A stretch of 32,000 nucleotides of DNA from Longivirga aurantiaca (GCF_042660085.1 NZ_JBHSTI010000008.1:1149876-1181875), one strand, 5' to 3'. Positions 19,649 through 27,912 are shown, counted from the stretch's first letter. The notes: generated by a model not told the origin, from the sequence alone. Translations and numbers: made by a program.

Positions 19649-19752
19649 GTGGCGATTCCGTCGTGGAGCGCACGCTCGTTACCCGGGTAACGCAGGGCTT
19701 CGATAGGTGAGTCGGGATTCCGTCGTGGGGCGCACGCTCGTTACCCGGGTAA
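19646..19752 (+). repeat. Two copies of the 62-bp-period intergenic repeat (cluster 3)
   Basis: tgagtggcgattccgtcgtggagcgcacgctcgttacccgggtaa at 19646-19690, and tgagtcgggattccgtcgtggggcgcacgctcgttacccgggtaa at 19708-19752. Confidence 0.95.
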
Positions 19753-19758
19753 CGGGCG

Positions 19759-20559
19759 TCAGGTGAACGCGGGGCCGAAGAACTCGGCGCGGCCGTCCTT
19801 GACGAGGTAGACCGACCACTCGGGCAGGCCCACGAACCAGCGGTTGCAGGTGGGGCCCTCGACGAGGCACGCGGTGGCGAGGGCGTCGGCGAGGCCGGCG
19901 TCGGGGCCGACGACGGTCGCGCTGTCGTAGTGGACGCCGAAGTCGCCTGTCACGGTGTTCGCGATGTGCGAGCCACGCTCGTAGAGGCCGCTCGTCGCGA
20001 CCGCCCAGCCGTCGGGCACCGTCACCGCGCGGATCACCGACTGCGTGTCGTACGGGTTCGTGATGCCCACGGTCCACAGCTCGCCGGGCGACTGGAAGCC
20101 GCGGCAGGCGATGTCGCCGGAGGCGTTCACGCACACGTTCGGCACACCGCATACGACGAGGAGGTCGGCCACCACGCCGGCCGCCCAGCCCTTGACGTAG
20201 CCGCTCGGGTCGACGCCGCCGCGCACGGCCCACGGGTCGAACACGCCGTCAGTCAGCGCGCGGGCGCCGGCGCATGCGTCGAGCACCGTCCGCACGATCG
20301 ACGGCAGCCTGAACTCCTCGAGCAATCCGTTGCGGTACATCGTGATCGGGGTGTCGGCGCGGTACGTCGAGAACCACGCGTCGACCTGGTGCAGGTACGC
20401 CACGGCGTCGTCGACGATCGAGTCGATCCCGGTCGTCAGCACGGGCGCACGCAGGTCGAGCACCACGTGGGTGCCCCACACCGGCTCGACGTGGATCCTC
20501 TGCTCCCACGCACCGGGACCGGCGTACGAGACGAGGCCGTCCGTGCCGAGCCCGGTCAC
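19759..20559 (-). CDS. apbE: FAD:protein FMN transferase (ApbE family)
   Basis: WGTHVVLDLRAPV...GVFDPWAVRGGVDPSGYVKGWAAGVVADLL...VCVNASGDIACRG...WTVGITNPYD...VATSGLYERGSHI...ATVVGPDAGLADALATACLVEG. Confidence 0.92.
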   Translation of the reverse strand: MTGLGTDGLVSYAGPGAWEQRIHVEPVWGTHVVLDLRAPVLTTGIDSIVDDAVAYLHQVDAWFSTYRADTPITMYRNGLLEEFRLPSIVRTVLDACAGARALTDGVFDPWAVRGGVDPSGYVKGWAAGVVADLLVVCGVPNVCVNASGDIACRGFQSPGELWTVGITNPYDTQSVIRAVTVPDGWAVATSGLYERGSHIANTVTGDFGVHYDSATVVGPDAGLADALATACLVEGPTCNRWFVGLPEWSVYLVKDGRAEFFGPAFT

Positions 20560-21236
20560 AGGCCCGCCTTGGCCATCGCCGACTCCAGCGACCCCATCCA
20601 GGCGTACGACGTCAGGGTCGCACCGGACACCGCGGCGATCTCGGCGGTCGTCGTGCCGATCGTCTCCGCCACGAGGGTGGGGATCGACAGGTCGGAGTAG
20701 CGCTGCGACTCGCCCGTGGGGAAGCGCACCGCGCGGGCGGCGGTGATGACGCCGTCGGTCACCGTGATCGCGACCTGCACGGTGCCGTAGCGGTGCGACG
20801 CCGCGATACCGACGTACTCCCCGTCGCCGCCGGACGGGGTCGGGGTCGGGGTGGGCGACGACGTGCGTGTCGGGGTGGGCTTGGGCGTGGGCTTCGGCGT
20901 CGCGCTGCGAGTCGGTGCGGCAGTCGCACGCGGAGCCGGGCTGCTGGGCCTCGTGGTGGTGGGCGCGGGGCTCGCGGACCGCGATGCTGAGGCGGACGGC
21001 GAGGGCGAACTGCTCGTGGGATGGTCCGCGGGGGAGGCCGAAGGGCGCGACGCCGAGGGCGTGGCGACGGGCTCCGCCTCCGGGGTCGGCGGAGCGGATG
21101 CCGAGGAGCTGGTTTCGTGGGAGGCGACAGGCGCCGCGGCTGCGGCGTCGAGGATGTCTCCGGACCCGTCGGAGTACGACAGCACGGTGGCGAGGCCGGC
21201 GACGGTCCCGACCGAGACGAGGAGAGCGCGCTTCAT
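20556..21236 (-). CDS. Secreted/membrane-anchored FMN-binding (FMN_bind) domain protein with S/P/T-rich linker
   Basis: C-terminal domain DGEYVGIAASHRYGTVQVAITVTDGVITAARAV...LSIPTLVAETIGTTTAEIAAVSGATLTSYAWMGSLESAMAKAGL, with the SGAT flavinylation-type motif. Confidence 0.92.
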   Translation of the reverse strand: MKRALLVSVGTVAGLATVLSYSDGSGDILDAAAAAPVASHETSSSASAPPTPEAEPVATPSASRPSASPADHPTSSSPSPSASASRSASPAPTTTRPSSPAPRATAAPTRSATPKPTPKPTPTRTSSPTPTPTPSGGDGEYVGIAASHRYGTVQVAITVTDGVITAARAVRFPTGESQRYSDLSIPTLVAETIGTTTAEIAAVSGATLTSYAWMGSLESAMAKAGL

Positions 21237-21249
21237 CGCCAGCCGCCCG

Positions 21250-22689
21250 TCACAGCGCGAACGACTCGTGGTGGAGACGGGCAGCAGGCACCCCGGCGGT
21301 GGACGCGGCCTCGAGAACGAGCGCGGCGAAACCCGCTGGGCCGCATACGAACACGTCGCACGCCCCGAGGTCAGGGACGAGGGCGACGATGTCGGACGCC
21401 GTCAGCGTGACGTCGAACCGCGTGCCGATCACGTAGCGAAGCCGGTAGCCGCGCGACCCCGCAAGCGCCTCGAGCTCGGCGCGCAGCAGGATGTCGGACG
21501 CGGATCGCGCGCGCACCACGACGTCCACGTCGGCGTCGGTCGGCAGGTCCTCGAGCATCGCGCGGACGGCGGTGACTCCCGAGCCGGCAGCGAACGCCGC
21601 GACCCGTCGGCCGTGGCGCCGCCGCGCTGTGAACACGCCGTACGGCCCCTCGGCCCACACGCGCGTCCCGGGTCGCAGCCGCGAAGCAAGCGCCGCGGAC
21701 TGGTCTCCCGATGCCGTCACGGTGATGCGCAGCGTCCGGCCGTCCGGCGAGGCCGACAGCGAGTACGGGTGCGCCTGCCACCACCAGCTGCGGGTGAGGA
21801 ACCGCCACTGGAAGAACTGCCCGCCCTCAGCATCGAGCCGGTGCAGGTCTCGTCCGGTGAGATGCACCGAGACGGCGCCCGGGCTCTCGCGGACGACGTC
21901 GGCCACCCGCAGGTCGTGCCGCAGCGAGCGCACGAGCGGCAGCGCCACGCGTGAGCCGACCACGAGCAGCGCGACGGCGACGTACAGGGCGATCCACAGC
22001 GTCTGCTGCGCCGGCCGCCCCGCGAAGAAGGTGCCGAGCTCGAGCTGGTGCCCGAACGCCAGCGCCACGGCGAGATAGAAGTAGAGGTGCGAGACCCACC
22101 ACGTCTCGTGCCTCATGCGGCTGCGGATGCGGCGGTACGACAGCGCGCCCAGCGCCACCATGAGCACGAACGCGGCGGCCGCCGGCACCATCCACGCCGA
22201 GTGGGCCACGATCGTCCACAGCTCGGCGAGAAGGCCGCTGCGCGCCTCCTGCGCGTAGCCGATCGTCGTCAGCAGGACGTGCGCACCGATGAGCATCAGG
22301 GCGTACGGCGCCACCACGCGGTGCAGCGCCACGAGCCGCTGGTGCCCCAGCTCGCGCTCGATCCACGGCACCCGAGCGACGAGCACGATGAGGGCGAGCG
22401 ACAGGTAGGTGCCGGCCAGCGCGGCGAGGCCGCCGAGGGCGATGAACGGGCCGCCGTCGAACCTCCAGGTGGGCAACGAGTCCGCGAGCGCGAGGCCGAT
22501 GACGACGACCAGGCCGACGATGGCTACGGCCAGTGCAGACCGACCGCGACGCGTGCTCGTCCCGTCGGCCGGCGAAGTCCGGCGGCTCGCCCGGGTGCCG
22601 GGCGCTGGAGGCAGCCCCGAGAGGGCCGGCACAGGTCGGACGGAGCCGACGGCACCGGCTGTGCTGAACCCCGACCGCTCGAGGGTCAT
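21250..22689 (-). CDS. Ferric-reductase-like transmembrane protein with FAD/NAD(P)-binding oxidoreductase domain
   Basis: About six TM segments with paired His (LHRVVAPYALMLIGAHVLLT, MRHETWWVSHLYFYLAVALAFGHQLE), then QFFQWRFLTRSWWWQAHPYSLSASPDG (FAD) and CDVFVCGPAGFAALV (NAD). Confidence 0.93.
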   Translation of the reverse strand: MTLERSGFSTAGAVGSVRPVPALSGLPPAPGTRASRRTSPADGTSTRRGRSALAVAIVGLVVVIGLALADSLPTWRFDGGPFIALGGLAALAGTYLSLALIVLVARVPWIERELGHQRLVALHRVVAPYALMLIGAHVLLTTIGYAQEARSGLLAELWTIVAHSAWMVPAAAAFVLMVALGALSYRRIRSRMRHETWWVSHLYFYLAVALAFGHQLELGTFFAGRPAQQTLWIALYVAVALLVVGSRVALPLVRSLRHDLRVADVVRESPGAVSVHLTGRDLHRLDAEGGQFFQWRFLTRSWWWQAHPYSLSASPDGRTLRITVTASGDQSAALASRLRPGTRVWAEGPYGVFTARRRHGRRVAAFAAGSGVTAVRAMLEDLPTDADVDVVVRARSASDILLRAELEALAGSRGYRLRYVIGTRFDVTLTASDIVALVPDLGACDVFVCGPAGFAALVLEAASTAGVPAARLHHESFAL

Positions 22690-22976
22690 CGGCCGAGCAC
22701 CTCTGCGGCACAGGACGCCAGGCGGGCAGGCGAACGCATCGCACGCGGCTGCCTGCTCATGTCCCCTCCGCCCGCCGTCGGGTAGTCGTCCTCTCTACGG
22801 CTGTCGGAGCCCCGGTGGCGCCCCTTGAGGCTCGGGGGGCGCGGGGCCGCGGAGGTACGCCCGCGCTCACCCGTCCGGCCCTGCCGGTGCGGCGGGTGGG
22901 ATGGCCCGAACCCCGGACAGGCTCATGTGGCTCTCGGTAGTCTCCCCGCGACGCATCGTTTCGCTCGGGGATCGAG

Positions 22977-23564
22977 ATGACGACGGGGACCGGTACTGCT
23001 CAGCTGCTCTTCGGCGCTGCCCACCAGAGGTTCGGGGGAGTCATCCCGTTCCTGTCGATGTGGCTCGTCGAGGACACCGGCACGCTCTGGCGCGTGACCG
23101 ACCCGTCGTACGGCCCGGTCGACTGGGTCCCGCGGACGCCCGAGCGCGTGCTGGCCGACGCCCTCGTGCTCCTTGTGGCCCTCACCTCCACGCCTCGCGA
23201 CCCCGTCCCGGTAGCGCTGTCGGCCATGGCCCCGGCCGCGACCTGGCGGTCCGGACGCGTCGACCTCCCCACCTGGCGGCACTACGACACCGGGCACCTC
23301 GACGCCCTGGTGGCGGCCACCGAGCCCGCCGGCAAGGTCGTGCTGTCGGTGCTGCCGGAGGCGAGCATCCCCGAGGCGGCGCTGCTCCCGTTCGAGCTCC
23401 TCGACTGGGACGTCGACGTGCTCATGCCCCGCCTCAGCCGACGCCGTGCGGACCGCGACCTGCACCAGGCGCCTCCGCCCGGGATGCCCGGCCCGGCGAT
23501 CCCACAGCAGTCCCAGGAGCCACGTGCGCACCAGACGCCACAGCCGTCACGCAGGTGGACCTGA
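22977..23564 (+). CDS. Hypothetical protein
   Basis: 195-aa ORF, MTTGTGTAQLLFGAAHQRFGGVIPFLSMWLVEDTGTLWRVTDPSYGPVDWVPRTPERVLADALVLLVALTSTP..., with no recognised domain. Confidence 0.5.
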   Translation: MTTGTGTAQLLFGAAHQRFGGVIPFLSMWLVEDTGTLWRVTDPSYGPVDWVPRTPERVLADALVLLVALTSTPRDPVPVALSAMAPAATWRSGRVDLPTWRHYDTGHLDALVAATEPAGKVVLSVLPEASIPEAALLPFELLDWDVDVLMPRLSRRRADRDLHQAPPPGMPGPAIPQQSQEPRAHQTPQPSRRWT

Positions 23565-23778
23565 TCCCCCAACCTCCACTCGCACAAGCGAAGTCGCACG
23601 CCGGGTGATCCGCCGCGTGGCCTCGGCGACACCGTGTCCGCTCCTCGAACCGGGGGTTCGGGCTGTGGGCTGGGCGACGTAGGGTGGGTCCCAGATTCCG
23701 CCGAACGGGTGACCGGCACGCGCATCGACAGGCAGCGCCGGGCGTCCCCCGAGGTCGTGCAGCCAGGGAAAGAGACCG

Positions 23779-26700
23779 ATGACCGTGAGCACGTTCCGCC
23801 GCCGTGTGGTCGCGGTGGCGGCGGCAGCCGTTGTCCTGACGATCCTGCCGCAGACGCCGGCCATGGCCGTCGACGACTCCGTCGTCCTCACCGGTCTCGC
23901 CTCCGGCCAGTACATCGCCACGGGGGTCACCGCGTCGATCGGTGCCGATGCCAGCACCGGCGATCTCGCGCAGTCGGTCGACCTGTACGTCGACGGCTCG
24001 CTCGAGGAGTCCCAGGCCTGCCCGGTGCCGGACGTCACCTGCACCGTCTCGTTCACCTTCGACACAGCGACCCTGGCCGACGGCAGCCACACCGCCGAGG
24101 TGCGGCTCACCACCGACGTCGGCACCGACGTCGCCTCCGACTCGGTCTCGTTCTTCGTCGGCAACAGGCCCACGGTCGTGATCACGGCGCCCGAACCGGG
24201 CACGTACGCCGGCGTCATCGACATCGACGTCACGGGCACGACCGACGCGCAGGGCACGGACTACCCGGCGACGTTCCAGCTCCTCGTCGGAGGCAACCCG
24301 GTCGGGTCGCCGCTCGGCGCCTGTGCTGGGAACGCGAAGATCTGCGACCGGACCTTCAGCTGGGACACCTCGGCGCTGTCGGCCGGCCTGCGCTCGGTGT
24401 CGGTCGAGATGACCACCGATCAGGGCACGGTGCGCGAGAGCGCTGCGGTCGCGATCACCGTCGCCGACCCGCCGTCGGTCACGATCGAGTCGCCCACCAG
24501 CGGCACCTTCAGCGGCACGATCGTCGTCTCGGTCACCGGGAGCACCGACCCCGCGGGCAACGACTACCCGACGCAGTTCGCGCTCCTGCTGGGCGGCAGT
24601 CCGATCGCCGGCGTCACCTCGGGCCCCTGCCCGGGCAACGCCGACACCTGCACGAAGACGCTGACCTGGGACGTCTCCGCCGTGCCCGCCGGCTCCAAGA
24701 CCCTGTCGGTGCGCATGACGACGCACCAGGGCCTGCAGAGGACGAGCCCGCCCGTCACCGTCGCCGTCGCGAGCGCGCCCACGGTGTCGATCACCTCGCC
24801 CGCGCAGAACGCCGTGCTCGTGCCCGGCACCACCTCGGTCACGATCGCCGCTGCCACCGACACCGGTCTCGGCCAGGTGGCCAAGACCCTCGAGCTCTAC
24901 GTCGACGGCGGCGGCACACCGGTGGCGACCACGACCTGCACGGGCTCCGAGGTGCCCTGCAGCAAGACGGTCACATGGAACACCTCGGCGCTCGCCCTCA
25001 ACTCCACGCACACGCTCGTGGCCCGAGTCGTGGCCGGCGGCGTCACGGTCGACACCGGCGTCCGCACCGTGCGGATCGCGGCGGCTCCCGTCATCTCCGC
25101 CCTGTCGCCCACGACCGGGTCGACGAACGTGCTCCCGAGCTCGACCGACGTCGTGTCGTTCTCGGTGACCGGCGCCGGCGACTCCGGCCTCGGGAGCAGG
25201 GCCAAGACGTTCGAGCTCTTCGTGGACGGCGCGCTCACGGCGGTCGACAGCGCCACCTGCTCGCCGTCGAGCGGCAGCTGCACCGTCGGCCTCGACTGGG
25301 ACGCCAGCGCCGTCACGGGTGGCACGACCCACACCGCGCTCGTGCGCCTCACCGTGGACGGCATGCAGACCACGCGCTCGACCACGTTCACGCTCGCGGA
25401 CGCGCCGACCGTCACCGTGGTGCCGCAGCCCGGTGGAACCGTCAGCGGCGCCACGTCGATCACCGTGACGGCGCAGACCGACGCCGACACGACCGAGGAC
25501 CCGCAGTCCGTCGTGCTGACCGCGCTGCCCGGCGCCGGTCCCGCGCTGGTGTTCCCGGCCGAGCCGTGCGACTCCGCGCCGGTCGACGGCGCGTGCACGT
25601 TCACGATCCCGTGGGACGTCTCGCTCCTGTCAGGCTCGTTCACCCTCACCGCCCAGCTCACCGCCGACAGCGGTCGCACCCGCACGAGCCCCGGCGTCGT
25701 CGTCGACGTCGACAACCCCGGGCCGGTCATCACGGTGACCGCGCCGACCGCGAGCGTCGTGAAGGGCCGCGTGCTCGTCAGGGCCACGGCCCGGATCGGC
25801 ACCGCCGTCACGGGGCATGTGACCACGCTCAGGATCTTCGCCGGCGGCCAGCAGATCGGCGCGACCAAGACCTGCTCGGCCGACGTCACGCCCTGCACCT
25901 ACTCCGCCACGTGGGACACCACGCTGCTGCGCAACGCCACCGGCGTGCAGGTCTTCGCCCGGGTGACGACGTCGACGACCGGTGCCCAGACCTTCAACTC
26001 AACCGGCACGTTCGTGCGGCTGCTCAACCCCAAGCCCGTCGTCACCTGGATCTCCCCGACCAATGGCGACGTCGTGAGCGGGTCGGCAGTGGCGATCAAG
26101 GTCGGCCTGAAGACGGACCTGTCGCAGAGCGATCTCCCCAAGACCGCATCCATCTTCCGCAACGGCTCCTCGACCCCGTTCGACACGTTCACCTGCGCCG
26201 GCACGAGCCACTCGTGCATCGCCACCTTCACCTGGAACGCGAGCCGGTCGGCCGGCCTCTCGACGTTCGTCGTCAAGGTGCGCACGACCAAGGAGCGGCT
26301 CGGCGGGTCGACCACGTCGCGCAAGCTCTACGCGTCGTCCAGCGCGCGGGTCGCCTACTCGACCGTGAGCACGGTCGACAACGGCACCCGCGTGACCATC
26401 TCGGGCCGGGTCGTGGCCGTGCGCACCGGGCTGCCGCTCGCCGGGGCCAAGATCGCGCTCGTGCGCGACCCGGCGATCGGCTCGACCGTGCGCGGCACGC
26501 TCACCACCTCGAGCACGGGCCGCTTCTCGGTCACCTTCACCGCGACCTCCAACACGCGTGTCACCGCCACGACGGTCAGCCTGCGCACCCCGCTCGGCGA
26601 GATCTACGTGCCTCCGGCGTCGGCCACGGCCAGCCAGATGGTGCGCGCACCGATGGCCTGCCGCGTGGCCAACAGCGTGCTCGGACCCAACCAGTCGGGG

Positions 26701-26928
26701 CGGGGCTCCTGCTCCGTCGCCGGGCTGCCCGTGGGCACGCCGCTGATCCTGCGCTACCTGTACGGAGGCGTCTGGCGCACGCTCGCCACCGGCACGAGCT
26801 CCTCGACGACGATCCCGTTCACGTACCAGTTCCCCGCCAAGGGCTTCTACCAGCTGCGGGTGATCCTCTCGGGCAACCGGGTCTACGCCGGCACCAACAG
26901 CATCCTCATGCCCGTGACGGTGCGGTGA
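23779..26928 (+). CDS. Large secreted protein with tandem Ig-like (Big-type) modules, each carrying a Cys pair
   Basis: Signal peptide FRRRVVAVAAAAVVLTILPQTPAMA. Eight recurring modules of about 100 aa with a C-x6..8-C...(W/F)(D/N)(T/V/A)S pattern. The start is near an agggaaagag RBS-like sequence. Confidence 0.9.
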   Translation: MTVSTFRRRVVAVAAAAVVLTILPQTPAMAVDDSVVLTGLASGQYIATGVTASIGADASTGDLAQSVDLYVDGSLEESQACPVPDVTCTVSFTFDTATLADGSHTAEVRLTTDVGTDVASDSVSFFVGNRPTVVITAPEPGTYAGVIDIDVTGTTDAQGTDYPATFQLLVGGNPVGSPLGACAGNAKICDRTFSWDTSALSAGLRSVSVEMTTDQGTVRESAAVAITVADPPSVTIESPTSGTFSGTIVVSVTGSTDPAGNDYPTQFALLLGGSPIAGVTSGPCPGNADTCTKTLTWDVSAVPAGSKTLSVRMTTHQGLQRTSPPVTVAVASAPTVSITSPAQNAVLVPGTTSVTIAAATDTGLGQVAKTLELYVDGGGTPVATTTCTGSEVPCSKTVTWNTSALALNSTHTLVARVVAGGVTVDTGVRTVRIAAAPVISALSPTTGSTNVLPSSTDVVSFSVTGAGDSGLGSRAKTFELFVDGALTAVDSATCSPSSGSCTVGLDWDASAVTGGTTHTALVRLTVDGMQTTRSTTFTLADAPTVTVVPQPGGTVSGATSITVTAQTDADTTEDPQSVVLTALPGAGPALVFPAEPCDSAPVDGACTFTIPWDVSLLSGSFTLTAQLTADSGRTRTSPGVVVDVDNPGPVITVTAPTASVVKGRVLVRATARIGTAVTGHVTTLRIFAGGQQIGATKTCSADVTPCTYSATWDTTLLRNATGVQVFARVTTSTTGAQTFNSTGTFVRLLNPKPVVTWISPTNGDVVSGSAVAIKVGLKTDLSQSDLPKTASIFRNGSSTPFDTFTCAGTSHSCIATFTWNASRSAGLSTFVVKVRTTKERLGGSTTSRKLYASSSARVAYSTVSTVDNGTRVTISGRVVAVRTGLPLAGAKIALVRDPAIGSTVRGTLTTSSTGRFSVTFTATSNTRVTATTVSLRTPLGEIYVPPASATASQMVRAPMACRVANSVLGPNQSGRGSCSVAGLPVGTPLILRYLYGGVWRTLATGTSSSTTIPFTYQFPAKGFYQLRVILSGNRVYAGTNSILMPVTVR

Positions 26929-27524
26929 TGCGGCGCACCGCCCTCGCTCTCGTCACGGCCGTGACGCTCCTCGCCGGGTGCGGGTCGACCGTCGCCGTCT
27001 CGGCCGCCGACCCGGGGGCATCGGTGCGTGCGGGGGAGCTGCCCGTGGGCATCTCGCTCGCGGCCGACCCGCCGGTGTGCAGCCGCGCCGGCGAGAGCCA
27101 GCTCTGCCAGATCGGTGTGTGGTACCTCAACGGCACACCGGACGACGTCGCCATCGACGCCACCACCACCACGTTCCGGGACGGCGCCGGTGCCCGTCAC
27201 GACGGCGCGGCCGGCGGCCTTGCCGCCGAGCTGGCGATCCCGGCGGGCGGCCGGGCCAAGGTGCTGTGGTCGGTGAAGCTGCCGTACGGCGCAGTGCCCG
27301 CCGCGGTCGCGTGGGCAGCCCCGGACGGCAGCGTGGCCACGGCCCGGCTCGACGGCTCGAGCAGTCCGTCCGCCAGCCCGTCCGCATCGCCCTCGGAGAC
27401 CGCCACGCCGAGCGCATCACCGACTCCCACTCCCACGCCGACCGCGACGCCGAAGCCGAAGCCGACGAGCGCGCAGCCGCGGCCGTCGAGCACGCCGACG
27501 CAGCCGGGTGGCGCGATCGGCTGA
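26928..27524 (+). CDS. Putative lipoprotein with S/P/T/K-rich low-complexity C-terminal tail
   Basis: Lipobox VTLLAGCGS, a small beta-rich domain (CQIGVWYLNGTPDDVAIDATTTTF...), then the SPSASPSASPSETATPSASPTPTPTPTATPKPKP tail. TGATG overlap with the preceding gene. Confidence 0.82.
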   Translation: MRRTALALVTAVTLLAGCGSTVAVSAADPGASVRAGELPVGISLAADPPVCSRAGESQLCQIGVWYLNGTPDDVAIDATTTTFRDGAGARHDGAAGGLAAELAIPAGGRAKVLWSVKLPYGAVPAAVAWAAPDGSVATARLDGSSSPSASPSASPSETATPSASPTPTPTPTATPKPKPTSAQPRPSSTPTQPGGAIG

Positions 27525-27573
27525 CACCCGGTCGGAGCATGGTGCGGGGCACGGCGCTGCCGATGAACTACCC

Positions 27574-27867
27574 ATGCAGACGGTCGAGGACGGGCACCGC
27601 CCCGCGGCGTCCGAGTTCACCCCGCGCGGCCGCATCGTCATCACGGTGCTGCTCCTCGTGCTGCCGCTCGCCTGCCTCGCGCTCGCGCTGACCTCCGCGC
27701 CGGGCAGCGAGACCGCCTGGCTGCTCATCGCCGTGGCCAACCTCGTGCTGCCGGCCGTCATGCTGCCGCTGGTGTGGCGCGGCGCGTGGCGCGACCGGGC
27801 GAGCGTCGCCCGACGTGCGCTCGAATCCGCCGGCGCGCGCGACGCGCTCGTGTCGACGCGCTCCTGA
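27574..27867 (+). CDS. Small hypothetical membrane protein
   Basis: Two predicted TM segments: GRIVITVLLLVLPLACLALALT and WLLIAVANLVLPAVMLPLVW. Confidence 0.6.
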   Translation: MQTVEDGHRPAASEFTPRGRIVITVLLLVLPLACLALALTSAPGSETAWLLIAVANLVLPAVMLPLVWRGAWRDRASVARRALESAGARDALVSTRS

Positions 27868-27912
27868 CCTCCGTCGTCCCCTGGCACTGCCGGTTGCCGC
27901 CGCTGTCCGCGT

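Noticed and set aside
13447-19752. Regularly spaced direct repeats considered as CRISPR arrays
   Set aside because: Only 2-3 units per cluster. The ~17-bp intervals are too short and in cluster 2 they are identical. The repeats vary, and no cas genes are present.
23646-23660. Hairpin CGAACC-GGG-GGTTCG
   Set aside because: A perfect 6-bp stem, initially suggesting a tRNA T-arm or terminator. No flanking tRNA cloverleaf or T-run was found, and short GC stems are frequent by chance in this genome.
23434-25332. 632-aa minus-strand ORF
   Set aside because: A shadow frame opposite the Ig-repeat gene caused by high GC. Composition is Arg/Gly/His-rich with no recognisable domain.
27340-27510. C/G-skewed simple repeats (tccgcatcgccctcg..., cccactcccacgcc...)
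   Set aside because: Explained by the in-frame Ser/Pro/Thr/Lys-rich linker of the lipoprotein rather than an independent DNA element.
23634-27524. 1296-aa plus-strand ORF
   Set aside because: Most of it is an Arg-rich out-of-frame shadow of the Ig-repeat protein. Only the last part (from ATG 26928) reads as a real lipoprotein.
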